Part shown: one piece after another, positions 25,510 to 38,863 of the stretch
Position numbering within the stretch: the first letter of the stretch is position 1
Layout: each line of letters begins with the position of its first letter
Source: Octopus sinensis
Lineage: Eukaryota
Assembly: GCF_006345805.1 (NCBI RefSeq)
Contig: NC_043001.1
Span: 72,540,001 to 72,604,000, forward strand
Direction: 5' to 3'
Length of the DNA stretch: 64,000 bases
The notes under the pieces: generated by a model
Databases searched by the model: none
Seen by the model: the letters and a program-made list of their open reading frames with translations, nothing else
Told to the model about the DNA's origin: nothing
Translations under genes and position numbers: made by a program

Positions 25510-27065
25510 TCGTTGAATTTTTGAATTTCTGAATTCAATTGTGTGGTAATAAAAGGTGTATTTGCGTATCTGGGTAATACTCTTTACTCTCTTTTACTCT
25601 TTTACTTGTTTCAGTCATTTGACTGCGGCCATGCTGGACCACCGCCTTTAGTCGATCAAATCGACCCCGGGACTTATTCTTTGTAAGCCCAGTACTTATT
25701 CTATCGGTCTCTTTTGCCGAACCGCTAAGTGACGGGGACGTAAACACACCAGCATCGGTTGTCAAGGAATGCTAGGGGGACAAACACAGACACACACACA
25801 TATATATATACATATATACGACAGGCTTCTTTCAGTTTCCGTCAACCAAATCCACTCACAAGGCATTGGTCGGCCCGGTGCTATAGCAGAAGACACTTGC
25901 CCAAGATGCCACGCAGTGGGACTGAACCCGCAACCATGTGGTTGGTTAGCAAGCTACTGACCACACAGCCACTCCTGCGCCTAATATATTAAAGTTTTAA
26001 ACTTTTCTTGAGATGTTCGTTTGTCTGTCCAGTTGAAGAATACAGTAGGACCTTTGCAATGAAAAGGATGTTTACATATTCCCATACTCAGGGAGAGTGA
26101 AATAGAAAAGAAAACAAGTTTTAGATAGTAAAGTTTTAAGATTTACTAAATATGGTCTTTTGTATGACCGCACAGAGAGAAATGGTAGTGTTCTTAGAAT
26201 AAAAAGGAGGATGATGTTTACATTTTCGAATACTCAGTGAGAGAGGAAAGGATAAGTATTCATACGGTAGTTGTAGATATTAAATTTTTTTAAGCTGATC
26301 GTTTGTGTGTTCGAAAGCTGTAGGTATGTAAGTTTCCTAACTTATTTTATTTTGAGAGAGATTCAAAATATTCACAGGAAATTGTAGATATTCCAATCTT
26401 TGGGAATAGTAGGAGGAAGAGATGTTCACCTTGTTGGATGTTTGAATTTCTGAATTTCTTCTTTTCCTTTTGAAATTTTTCGTTTTAAAAGTTTTGCTGT
26501 AGTTTACAGTTTTTGTAGTTGTGTAGTTTGTATGTATTGGCAGCTGCTTACTTCCTTAATTTTTTTATTGTGCATTTAATTGTGTTGTTACAATAAAAGG
26601 GGTGTTTACATATTCTGTTAGTCAGGGAAGGGAAGACAAAATGTTTACACAAAATTGGCGATATTAAAGTTTCTAAATTGTTTGAGGTGTTCGTTTGTAT
26701 GTCCGTTCAGAGAAAACTGTGGTGTTTTTTTTTTACAATAAAAAGGATGTTTACATTTTCGAATATTCAGGGAAAAGGGAACGGAAAGGAAAGGAAGTTA
26801 AAATTTTTTCACAGAAAATTGAGAATACGAAGTTTTTAAAATTTACTAGAGATGATCTTTTGTCTGTCCGAACAGAAAACTGTAATGTTCTTGGAATAAA
26901 GAGGATGTTTACATTTTCGAATACCCAGGAGAGAAGTTGTAGATATTAAAGGTTTTAAAGCTAATTGTTTATGTGTTCGGAAGCTGTAGATATGTAAGTT
27001 ATTTAACTTATTTTGAGGGAAATTCAAAATACTCACTGGAAACAGGAGATATTCCAGTCTTTTAG
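25510..27065 (+). repeat. Old hierarchical tandem repeat (~150 bp subunits inside a larger duplication), interrupted by a SINE
   Basis: 26015-26400 aligns with 26690-27060; the subunit core aataaaa.ggatgtttacat...atactcaggg recurs. Confidence 0.7.
25578..25981 (-). mobile_element. CORE-type SINE, full length
   Basis: Same family as 10690-11043 and almost identical to it. Confidence 0.85.
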
Positions 27066-27159
27066 AGTTATGTTTTTCAGTTGTCCTGCTGGGTTGTATT
27101 AGTGTTTCTGTGTCTTCAGCTGCTGACAGGTCGGAGCAGCGAAGAACACGTCCAGCCGC

Positions 27160-27190
<31 letters not shown>

Positions 27191-27206
27191 TATTATTATT
27201 ATTATT

Positions 27207-27242
<36 letters not shown>

Positions 27243-27369
27243 ATCATCCTCATCCTCATCCTCATCCTCCTCATCATCATCATAAGCTGGCAGAATCGTT
27301 AGCACACCGGGTAAAATGCTAAGCGGCTTTTTGTCCGTCTTTACGTTCTGAGTTCAAATTCCATTCATT

Positions 27370-29240
27370 AGTTTTTATTTTCTGCCTATAGTTTTATAGA
27401 TTCTCAGCCTAAAATATTACAGCTATAAAGTATAACTTGGACAGAGTTGTTGATGTCTACTACCTTATAAATGCTTTTCTAAATTTTTCTTTTGATTGTA
27501 TTTTGCACATAATTTGGTTCGTTGAATCCTCAGTTTTTGCAAAATCTGTGCTTGGCGTCTTTATTTTTCATATACCTTTGTCATATATGGCATATGAGAT
27601 CCTAATTTTCACCCCTTCAATTCATTTAATAAATTCACGTAGTATCTGTAGTAGTGTTTGTAGTTTGGGGTGCTCATGTACAAATGTCATACCATAACAT
27701 TTATATTCACATCCATCCGGTTAAACACGGTGGTTAAAGTCTTAATTCCAAGCAGAGGAGGGAAAGAGAGAGAGTTCAGTTGGAAAATTCTTCTAATTGA
27801 GATAGGCTTTGTTTTACAATTCCTTCTTTTGTCTGTACCTGCAGTATCGTTTAACATTTATCCACGAGGTCTTTAATACAAGTGTCAAAAGCATTCTGTT
27901 ATTCACTCAAGCTCTTCACTCTTATTTTACATGTTGCAGCATGGTTTTGTTAATCAATAATTTTTCTTTACAACCATAGAAATCTTTATTGCATCCGTTC
28001 TCTTTTTCTGAAACTAGTTTCCTTTTTTATTCTTTCCAGATGTTTATTTGTGATTTAAGGCTTCATAGGTTGTAGAATAACGAGTTATAGATCTGTAGTT
28101 TTATTGTCTGCCATTTTTTTTAAATCTTGAAGATTAAGATGACTTTCTTATCAATGAACCAGTCAGGGGTTTGGTGCAGTTCCTTCAGCTTCTCATGAAA
28201 CATCTGCTAGCACCTTAAGAGCCCACGTTAAATATTTTAACCGGAAGTTTGGAAACTTATTACACCCTGATTTCTTCCTCGTGCTTTTTTTTTGTTGTGC
28301 ATCTTATTGGTTACATCTTGTCTTGCTAAGGTTTCGCACGATAATCCAGATGCTGCATTCGTTGTTTTGAATAATCTCATAACAGGGTGTTTCTCTGCTG
28401 TTTATACTCTTCCAACGAATTCTTCTACTTGTCTTGTTTCTAGCGCTGTATTTGTCTCTGTTTTAGTTCCACATTATTCCTGATAAATTATTTTTTGTCT
28501 TCGAGTCAAACTTTCTTTTCTTCAAGATATCATTATCGCTCTTCACAACGATGGATTCTTAGTGATTCTAGTGAAAATCTCTTATTTCGGGCATCCATTA
28601 ATTCCAAATGATATTTTTTTCTGTTATTTTATATTCCTGTATATTTGTCATTTATTGTTTTTCAATTATATCTCTTCGTTGATTTCATTAACGATTGAGA
28701 CATGTTTACATTTATTTTCTTTTTCTGTTTGTTTGTTTTACATGTTGTTTGCTTGTTTTGATATTCCAAGATCACAGATATTCCAAATCTGAGAAAGTAA
28801 CACATTTCCCTTATAATTACCGTGGGTGCCACAAATATTATTGCGTTTAACTTGGTGAAATTGATACTCGTGTCTGATTTCATTATGTTTGGTGTGACCA
28901 GACTAGCGATTTTTATTGTTGTTACTATTTCATCAATACCCTGGGAGACACGCTCGCTGGCCCATACAAATATTTTCTACTGAATTTATTTCTTTAAATA
29001 TTTTCACTCTCAGATTATTTTCTTATTGGTGTTTTCCATCTTTGAAATCATTTATTCGCAAATATAGCTCATATTATTTTGTATCTATAACTTGCTTGTG
29101 TTGTTCTAATTTTGGTATTTGTTGAGCAGTATTCTGTAGGTGTCTAGGAATTCGATTTTGTTGTTTTCTTATTTAATTTGCATATTTTGCTTGCATTAGA
29201 TAGATCTTAAGTTAATGAATTTGTTGGGATCCAACGTTAT
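27370..29240 (-). mobile_element. Heavily decayed APE-type LINE (RTE-like)
   Basis: Minus-strand A-rich coding-like sequence with NAIIFVAPT (YAPT-like endonuclease motif) and a pre-RT DINN-like segment near 27430-27470; many stops. Confidence 0.5.
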
Positions 29241-30022
29241 GTTCCGATCAGTGTTATCTCCTCTCCACAGTCGTAGTTACATTTCAAGCAAGTATGCATG
29301 CAGAATAGAAACGTACCTTTTACGTATTAATTGGTACCTTTTCTGCTTTAGCTGCCAGAATTAAAAAACAAAGACTGGACCTCTAATTAAATTGTCACGA
29401 TTTGCGCCAGGTGCCGTATTATTTGTATTCAACGATATCGAGTTTCGTACGCCCCATTTGTGTATTTTTTCATCATCAGTTTCAAAGTATACCTCTTTTA
29501 ACATGGGGTTGAAATATGCCTTAGTTTGTATTGGTTGTCATATTTTATGGTGAAGGAACTGAATATCTCTGGTGTTGATATGAATTATGTTACTTTGTTT
29601 AAACCCTATATCTAATGGGCTGTGGGTACGAATCTTTGTAACACATTAAACTCTATGAAATATTAAAAAAATGAAAGCCAATGTATCATTTACACACTTA
29701 TCTTTCAACGCATGCGTCATTTTTTTATTTAATTCGTTATTTATGTGGATATTTTGTAGATCAGTAAACGACCGTTCTTCGCATCATATATCCCAATTAT
29801 CTTTATTATTCAGTAATAGGTCTTATTTTTATTACGTACTTTCACTACTCTACCGAGTAGTTCTGCATACTTTATGTATGCGCAATGTTTTGTTTTGCTC
29901 TTGTATTTCCCGTTGTATTGAAATTGCTCTGCGTAATGTATGCAGCATTTAGTGGTGCTTGTGATTTCGTTTATTTTATTTTGTCACTATTTCCCAACGA
30001 TTCCTAATCATTCCCATTTACT

Positions 30023-30315
30023 CACGAGGTCTTTAATACAAGTGTCAAAAGCATTCTGTTATTCACTCAAGCTCTTCACTCTTATTTTACATGTTGCAGC
30101 ATGGTTTTGTTAATCAATAATTTTTCTTTACAATCATAGAAATCTTTACTGCATCCGTTCTCTTCTTCTGAAACTAGTTTCCTTTTTTATTATTTCCAGA
30201 TGTTTATTTGTGATTTAAGGCTTCATAGGTTGTAGAAAGGCGAGTTATGAATCTGTAGTTTTAGTGTCTGCCATTTTTTTTTAATCTTGAAGATTAAGAT
30301 GACTTTCTTATCAAT
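30023..30315 (+). repeat. 293-bp direct copy of 27863-28155
   Basis: Near-identical by eye (about 11 substitutions). Confidence 0.93.
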
Positions 30316-30645
30316 CATTCCCTATTGTTATAAGGATTACGCCTGCTTTCAGTCCCTATCATTCGTGTTACCTCATCGTCATCATCCTAATCATCATCAT
30401 CATCATCATCATCATTGGTCTCGACTCCCAAGACTCATGGGGCCGGGTAACTCATTTAGAGTTGGAGTAACATGAAATGAAGTGCTTTCTTCAAAAGCCC
30501 AAAACCAATGTCTGATTAGTCGAAAAACACAGTTTCGCGATTGTCTGTGCAACACCCAAACCACAAAGCTACGCACCTTCACTTTTCCCTCTGTTTCCAG
30601 ATCTTTATATTTTGATAATTTCTGCAGTCTTTTAGAGATACGTTA

Positions 30646-32541
30646 CACTGGGGAACATGATATAAGCTATGTGGTATTGGAGATGTTTCCTAGTAATTTG
30701 GGGATACTGATTTATAAAACGAAATCCATTTTGCTCTATCACGTCAATATTTTTCCTAAACTCAACTGTCCCTTTTTCAACATTTCCGTTACTGTCACCA
30801 TTGCTAAGGACATATTTAGCTTCATCAAATGGAGACCTTTGTATGGAGCTGGACATAACTTTGAAAACATAGTTTTTCAATATCATTTCAAGTAAAAGGC
30901 GGCTAGCTGGCAGAAACGTTAGCACGTCGGGGGAAATGCTTAGCGGTATTTCGTCTGTCCTTACGTTCTGAATTCAAATTCCGCTGAGATCAACTTTGCG
31001 TTTCATCCTTTGGTGGTCGATAAATTAAGTACCAGTTGCGTACTGGGGTTGATCTAATCGACTGCCACCCCACACCAAAATTTGGGGCCTTGTATCTAGA
31101 GTAGAAAAGAATATCATTTCAAGTAAATAGTAAAAATAGAAGTCGTAATTTAAATATCAGTAAATAAAAAGCATCAAATTTGAGCAACTTTCACTATTTT
31201 TATTCTAACTGGTTTTAAATGTCATGATGATAACAGAAATGTCCTTTATACAATTAGGTGTTGATAAACAACACATTTCTGTGGTCCTTTACATAAGTTC
31301 CTCATATCTGTGAAACTTTTTTGCAGATATGCCCACGGTGTTCTTAATTTAGTGTGACTATCATTGCAAACCAGGTGAAACATGTTTAACTATTTCTGAT
31401 GAAAATTGGTATTTTGAATTCTCCCTTAATATTCTAATTGTGAGGTCACAAGAGTCAAGGTCACTTTAGTCAATCATGGTCAAAGAACTGTGGAAAGAAC
31501 TTTATGGATCTTTGCCATCACAAATCTGCATTTGCTTACTTTATAACTGCTGACAATTCTGAAAGTGTTTTTCCCGGGTAACAATTGACTTAACTATATG
31601 TTTTGAATCTCAGAAATATAGCCAGTTGCGAGAGAGGAAAATGCAAAAGCAGCCCCGATGTTTTCTGCTATATTTGTGGATGTTACAATTTACCTAGGCA
31701 GCGAAACAAAATCACTGATTTTGTGAAGAAAACTTAATTTGATTACTTTGGCATGAAACTGGGTGAGCAAAATGATATCTGAAAATCCCATATTGTGTTT
31801 AAAACACGTGTTGAAACATTGAGACAGTGACTGCTTCAAACACTTATGCAGAAAGTTTCCACCGTTGTCTTGTAAAAAAGTTAGGGTCGATGTGTTTGAC
31901 GGGCTGTGTGTAAATGGCTATTGCTGTGCGAGCAGTTGTTGGAGACCATGTCTGGCATTGAAAAAGAAGCACGGAATGCTTTTGCTGTAGTTGTGTCTGA
32001 TTTCATGGGGAATAGGAAGCCATCAATTTATGAAGAACTGCTTTCGAGCAAAATGCTACATGAATGTAAAAATGCATTTCCTGCAGAATCATCTAATCTA
32101 CTTCAGACATCGAGACCATGGAGACGAGGTATGAAGGCAGGTGGAACACAGACATGATGACCGACGACTGTTGGTTTCTGCAAAGAGACTATCATGATGC
32201 AAGTTATGCATGCAAAGCAGCAAAGAAAAGTTCACTTCATGAGTAGCTGAAACTCCAGTTTGACAGGAATATCTATCCTAAGATGTGCAATTAAACATTT
32301 TGTGTAATACATTTGTTAAACAATAAAATGTACGATTGATTTTTATTAGGTTCTTGCTTCAGTATTGCATTTAATGGAAAAATCGGACATCTTTTGGTAA
32401 ACAATGAATTGCTGTTTAACAAAGAACTTCACGTAATAGAAAATTTCTGAGGGCATTTCGGAACCCAGCACAATCAAATTAGATAGGATTTATTATAAAA
32501 TGCAAGACAACTAAAAATTATTTCGAAAATGCTCTCCAGTG
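30646..32541 (+). mobile_element. Chapaev3-like DNA transposon, internally deleted and decayed
   Basis: Termini CACTGGGGAACAT...ATGCTCTCCAGTG with TTA/TTG flanks. Transposase relics KCKSSPDVFCYICG..ITDFVKK..YFGMKLGEQ, EKEARNAFAVVVSDFMGNRK, METRYEGRWNTDMMTDDCW. Confidence 0.75.
30897..31109 (+). mobile_element. Nin-type SINE with an 18-bp target site duplication
   Basis: aatatcatttcaagtaaa at 30879-30896 and 31110-31127. Confidence 0.9.
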
Positions 32542-33009
32542 TTGTCAATAAAATAATAAAAGCAGCTGACAAGCCCTATTACTTATGAATAAACAACACA
32601 TTGGTGCTTATACAAAGTGTAAGCTGTAGAAAAAAAAAAACTTAGAAGAAAAGTGACTGTATTTTTGTAATCAGTATGTTAACTCAACAGAAATTATGTT
32701 CAAAATCGTCCCTTTGTGTTATCATTAGTTGAGATTGACATTTCGATCATGTTGCGACTAACAGAGTTAGACAATGGGATGGGGGAGTGTAAATCCCTTA
32801 CACTCTATAGGCTAGTGGAAAGTGTAAAAAACAATAACCTGGAAAGAGTGTCAACGAAGACAGTCCGAGTAGTACATAAAAGTAGGTTTTCATGTCCGAG
32901 AATATGAACATTTTAAAAAAGTCATGGCCTGAGAGTACTGCAGTGGATCGTTGAGGGATCAGGATAAATTTCGCAAAGAGGGCCAAGGGGAGCCGTCAGC
33001 AATCTGAAA

Positions 33010-34390
33010 TCTGTGTCCAGTTATTGAAGATTTGTAAATTACTTCGTGTAAGCAGAATCTGGATACTCTCTACATATGCGGCATCATGAGCGGATTTTAT
33101 ATTTCAGGAAATTACTCTGGTAATTCATAGTTGGAAGGGACTGGTCCCGAGAAGCAACGATATACCCCTCAGTTTCTGGTTTCAGACCAGAGTATTACAG
33201 CCACTGTTGAGTAAGGACTTTATCTACATCAGAGTCCTTGATTTTAGTCGGGTATTTTCCATGCAGTGGATTTCCTCCCATTTCTCCCTAATATATAGGA
33301 GGCTGGTTTGTTTGGCTATGGTTTATTTGTTTTGCCTCGTCAGTTAGGAACACATTTTCTTCTGGTACAGGTTCGTCTAGTTGCATTACTTGGAGGTATA
33401 TTTTCGCGTTTTTCGTCATTGAGTGAAACCTTTTGGTATCTTCATGTTTCATAACCAGCTTTAACATCCAGTCTTTTGCTTGTTGAAGGTTTGCAGAAAG
33501 TACCATTGTTGCAATTTTCAATGAGATTTGAGATTGTATTAACCCCTGATAGCCTTCTTTTCTTGGGAGGTATATTCAGTATGTGTTTGATTTTGAGTGA
33601 TGCGTACAATGCATTCTCCTCAGCTTTCATAATTTGACAACAAACTTGTTGATCTCAGGAAGGGGCCAGTTTATATCATTGAAGCTATATATGATTACAG
33701 GCATGGCCAGTGTGTTTATGGTCACAATTTTGCTTCTGCCATTCAGATCGGTTTTCAGAAGGCTTCTCATTCTTCGGTAGCACGCCTCCCGTATCTTTCC
33801 TCTCATTAGTGACTGTTTTATTCCATTTCCTTCACATATTCCTAGATTGTTATAACTTCTCTTAGGTTCTAACTATTTTATCTCCATGTCTCTATCTGAG
33901 GTGATGTTGCATGCGTTTGATATTTTTTCCCTTGATAAATGTAGTCTTGGCCAAGATTCAATTATGATGCTATCACTTAATTGTTTGACTGTGTAGGAGG
34001 GCTTGCAGTTGTCATCCATTCAGAGGAGATGTCTAACTATTTTTCCATGCACATTGTATCCATAATTTGTTTCATCCAGGAGTTTACTTAGAGGAAACAG
34101 TGCTAAGCAGAATAACAAAGGAAATAATGAGTCACATTGAAAGGGTCCACAATTAATATTGAGTCGTTCAGTGTTTATATTTGTATTGTCGATGTTGAGA
34201 ATTAGTATCATTTTTCAGAGTTTTGTGCTGTGACATACAAAATTCCTGAGTACTGGTGAAATTCTGAACATCTCCAAGCATTCTTTCATCCAACTGTGAA
34301 GGAGAATATCAAAGGCCTTCTTGTAGTCTATCCAGATCATTAAAAGATGTTTTCTCCTGTTACGACAATCTTAAAAAACCATTTTGTTAA
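33010..34390 (-). mobile_element. R4/Dong-like LINE, RT and 3' region, decayed
   Basis: IWIDYKKAFDILLHSW, GPFQCDSLFPLLFCLAL, HLL*MDD, INTLAMPVIIYSF, ETEGYIVASRDQSLPT. Confidence 0.85.
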
Positions 34391-34419
34391 TTAATAATTA
34401 ATATTATTACTTTGTTTTA

Positions 34420-34630
34420 AGGTAGTGAGCTGGCAGAATCGTTAGCACGCCGGGAAAAATGTTTGGCGGCATTTCGTCCATCTTCACGTTCTAAATTGAA
34501 GTTCTGCCGAAGTTGACTTTGCCTTTCATCCTTTCGGAGTCGATAAAATAAATGTCAGTTGAATAAAGGGGTCGATGTAATCGACTTACCCCTCCCCTAA
34601 AATTACTGGTCCTGGACCAATATTTGAAGC
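34420..34630 (+). mobile_element. Nin-type SINE
   Basis: ggtagtgagctggcagaatcgttagcacgccggg...ctttgcctttcatcctttcgg. Confidence 0.82.
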
Positions 34631-34841
34631 CATTATTATTGTTTTCATATGAGGCTGCCATTTCGCAGAGTCGTTACTGATACTGCTGTGATTATTGCTC
34701 ATGTAATCACGTTTACCCTTCTTGTGTTTCTTATATTCATTATCGTTGCCACCGTCATTATTGTCATGAATATTAGTTACGCGTCTTGTCTGAATCATAA
34801 AAAAATGAATTTTTCTGCTCACCTATCAGCGTATCTACCTG

Positions 34842-34972
<131 letters not shown>

Positions 34973-34986
34973 ATATGTGTGTGTGT

Positions 34987-35059
<73 letters not shown>

Positions 35060-35389
35060 GAGAGAGAGAGATATATATATATGAACATACATACAAGCAT
35101 GTATGCATGCATACATATATACGTACATACATTCATGTATACACGAATGCATGCTTCCATGGAAATGCATATTTGTATTAATCACATATAATGCTTCTAT
35201 GAGGGTTACTGCCAGAAGGCAAGAACAAATCCATCAACGCGAGACAAAGCTCGCAATTTTTCTATATGTGTATAGTGTGTATATATATATATATATGAAG
35301 ACATGTACATGTCATGCGCAAATGCTCACTCATGCAAGTATGTATGCATACTTTGCATGCATGTGTATTTGAATATTTTCATACCTAAA

Positions 35390-35565
35390 GGCACACACAC
35401 GTGTGGTTACGTGCTAAGAAGCTTGCTTCCCGAACAACTACATGGCTCTGCGGTTTCAGTCCCACTGTGTGGCAACATGGGCAAGCGTATTCTTTTATAG
35501 CCTCGGGTTGACTAAAGCCGTATGAGTGGATTTGGTAGACGGAAACTGAAAGAAGCCCGCCGTAT
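35390..35565 (+). mobile_element. CORE-type SINE 5' half
   Basis: aagaagcttgcttccc...gggcaag...ggatttggtagacggaaactgaaagaagccc. Confidence 0.78.
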
Positions 35566-35617
35566 ACACACACACACACATATATATATATGTATATATT
35601 ATATATATATATGTGTG

Positions 35618-35681
<64 letters not shown>

Positions 35682-35791
35682 AATATGAATATATATATAT
35701 ATATATACATATATATATAGGTTGTGTAAGATATAAGTTAGAAGTACTGTAACCATATTGCTGTATTTCTTATTGTCTTTATATATATATA

Positions 35792-36506
35792 CTAGCTTAA
35801 GGTGACCCGCTCTACGCGCGGGTGAGGTTGTGGTTGCTTCCTTTCTGTTTCTTATCGTCACATTCTCCCTCTTTGTTTCTCTATCCTTTCTTATTTTCCC
35901 ACTCTCTTATTCTTCCTTTCTCTCGGACTTTCCCTCGCTTTCTCTTACTCTTTATCTTTCTCTATCTATCTTTCTGCCATTTATAAAAAAATTAGATTTC
36001 CACGTTTAAATTACAAATCCGCTTCCACTTTACCATGTTGAAAATTTGATAGAAATCGGGCAAAAGGTGCCCGATCTAGACCATCAAGTGTCTCCCCAAA
36101 TCAATAAAATCCCAGTTTTCACACCAAAGCAACCACTGTAGTGCCAAAAACGTCTCCCAATCAATTTTCCCCCTCAAGTTACCCCCTCCTGTAAATTTGA
36201 ATCCCCTTCCAGCCCCATTTAGACCCCTTTTTACATAAAAATGCAATTTGTATCAACGTTCGCCTTATAGATAGGATTAGATGCCAATCGCGCCAATCTG
36301 GGGGGGGGGCTAGAGCCCCCTTGAATCTTCTCACCATAGCAACCGCATCTTTCCAGATGGTGAGTTTTAAACCTATTCAACTCTGCCTCATCACGCCTTC
36401 TATGTCAATTTTCAGCTCGATCTGACCACTGGTGTGGCCGCCAACCTCTGACGTACCAAAACGTACACACAATTTTGACCCAAAGCCTCTTTTACATATA
36501 TAGAGA
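35792..36506 (-). mobile_element. Non-autonomous Helitron
   Basis: Minus strand starts A|TCTCTATATATG and ends with hairpin CCCGC-gcgtaga-GCGGG, a 10-nt spacer, then CTAG|T. Confidence 0.8.
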
Positions 36507-36999
36507 TAGCAGAGAAACCCGGATTGCTCGGGATTAAAATATTTTTTCATTGTTTTATTTGTTTCGGGATTATAACTCGATTTCATTCGGGTCTACGCGG
36601 GCCACACTTTAAAGATGAGGAATTTTGCCCTAGAGGCCACACCTTTCAATTGAGCAAACTGAATCCTACCATATTTACTAACACTTTTGCCTGTATAACT
36701 GCTTGTGAGACAACATCTGCCCTTTTCACAAATATGTAGTAGACCTACAGAGATACCCGACCATACTTGGGATTAAAATGGCATAGTTTTCCATTGTTTT
36801 ACTTGTTTGGTTAATATAAGCCGATTTCATTCGGGTGTAATCTGGCCACATTTTAAAAGATGAGGAATTTTGTCCTAGAGGTTACGCCTTTCATTTGAGG
36901 AAAAAAAATAGTTGCCATGCAAACTCGCCAGCACTTTTAACATAGGTGTGCATATTTTCAGCTCAACCGACCACATAATACACACATAATATATATATA

Positions 37000-37032
<33 letters not shown>

Positions 37033-37633
37033 CATACAGATATATACACTTTGTATATATATATATATACATACAAATATATACACTTTGTATATATACA
37101 TTATATATACATATTTATATATAGATACAAACTCACACACACATATATAAATTAACCCGATAAATATCTGATTGAGAATATCTGTTCTCATGATTGTGTG
37201 GTGGTGGTGGCGATAATAAAACTCTCTATGAATGCAGCCAGACGTACAGAGAGAGAGAGAGAGATAGAGAGAGAGGGAGGTGGTGAGGGAAAGAGTGACA
37301 GCGCTGGCGAAGGCGGCGGGGGAGAAAGATAGTAGTAGCTGTCAAACGTCGTTATAGAGAGAAAGTGAAGGGAAGGGAGGAAACAGAGAGAGAGACAGGG
37401 GAAGACAGACAGATAAGAGAATGAGAGAAGACTTGTCAAAGTGTGCCTTTTTTGCCCTAGTAACCACACCTTTTAAGATAGGGATTTCTAATTTAGCCCA
37501 CTCACATCCTCACTTCATTTTACATGTCCCTGTAAGTTTTGGAGTCAATCCGACGCGATCTAGTGCCCTTTAACCCGTTCCAATGCCAAAACCAGACAAA
37601 CAAACTTTCTCATTTCAGATTTATAGATATTGA
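36507..37633 (-). mobile_element. Second non-autonomous Helitron with a tandemly duplicated 3' terminus
   Basis: 5' A|TCAATATCTATAAATC at 37633; 3' hairpin cccg-agcaatc-cggg near 36518-36532; 36510-36735 is repeated at 36745-36975. Confidence 0.65.
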
Positions 37634-37744
37634 TATATATATGTATATATATACGTATGTATATATTCAACATGTGACCTCGTGAGTACCGCCAGCAATT
37701 TGTTTTCCCCTGTCTTCCCTTCTCGGGATCTTTCCTTCTCCCTT

Positions 37745-37779
37745 GTTTCCGACGAAGAGCTCCGCTCGAAACGTTAAAC
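37745..37779 (+). ncRNA. Minimal hammerhead-like motif (U4->C variant) in a PLE pLTR fragment (~37660-37880)
   Basis: gttt CCGACGA a gagc tcc gctc GAAA c GTT aaac; stem III reduced to the palindrome AACGTT. Confidence 0.65.
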
Positions 37780-37885
37780 CCCCCTTCTTCCCTTCTTTTC
37801 TGAGCGTCCAATAATACTTTATTTGTTCTACGTCCTCGCGTTGCTGTGTTTTTCTTTGTGTTTTCTTGTTTGGATTAACTGTATG

Positions 37886-37942
<57 letters not shown>

Positions 37943-37959
37943 GGGTGTGTGCGTGTGTG

Positions 37960-38190
37960 TGTATCTATGTGTCCGTGTCTTTGTGCTTGTGTTCCTCCCA
38001 CCCACCGCTTGACAACCGGTCTTGGTGTATCTGCGTCCCCGTAACCTAGCGGTTCGGCAAATGAACTGATAGAATAAGTACCAAGATTTAAAATAAGTAC
38101 TGGGGTCGATTCATTCGACTACAAATTCAAGGCGGTGCCCCAGCATGGCCGCAGTCTAATGACCAAAACATCTAAAAGATAACAGAATAA
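37960..38190 (+). mobile_element. CORE-type SINE 3' half
   Basis: cgcttgacaaccgg...cgtccccgtaacctagcggttcggc...ggcggtgccccagcatggccgcagtc. Confidence 0.8.
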
Positions 38191-38479
38191 AATAAATGTA
38201 TGTATGTAATAAAAACATTACTATACCTTTGGAATTCAAGTACTATTTCTTCCATCTTGTTTTGCATTTATGTGAATGTATATGTGTCTGTGTGCGTGAG
38301 TGTGTATGTTTGTGTGAGTGTGTGTGTGTGTATGAATATTAGATCCAGGCAGGTTACCGTTCAAGCACTGTAGTATGATCCAAGTTATAGCTAACCACAT
38401 CAAATGCAATGGAATAACCTGGGTCTATTCAAAGTAGCAATCCCAATGCTTATCCATCGGGTGAAATATATATATATAA

Positions 38480-38800
38480 TTAATAATATCAGGGTAATAA
38501 AAATTTTAGAAATTTCTACCATTGGCCTAGCGTGTAGAAAAATTAGTCAATAGACAAATATTATTCATATAAATACACTGTACATTTAAACACATAAGAG
38601 GTATCCGTCATAGGATTCCTGGCACGCTAGAAGGAACAGCCAGAATCTAGACGTCAGAAACCATGGTCCAGGAGATAGATGGTAAATGTTTTTATTTTTC
38701 ATTCACTTCGAGGTTTATCCCTAATAGTGGTCTGGATTTTGGCTGTTCTTCTAGCGTGCCAGGAATCCTATGACGGATACCTCTGTGTTTAAATGTACAC
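38480..38800. repeat. TA-flanked fold-back insert (arms 38580-38652 and 38730-38798)
   Basis: Inverted arms visible; related fragments at 39955-40012 and 58865-59020. Confidence 0.85.

Positions 38801-38863
<63 letters not shown>

Noticed and set aside
25510-27065. CRISPR-like array
   Set aside because: The spacers are homologous to each other, spacing is irregular, and the context is eukaryotic with no cas genes.
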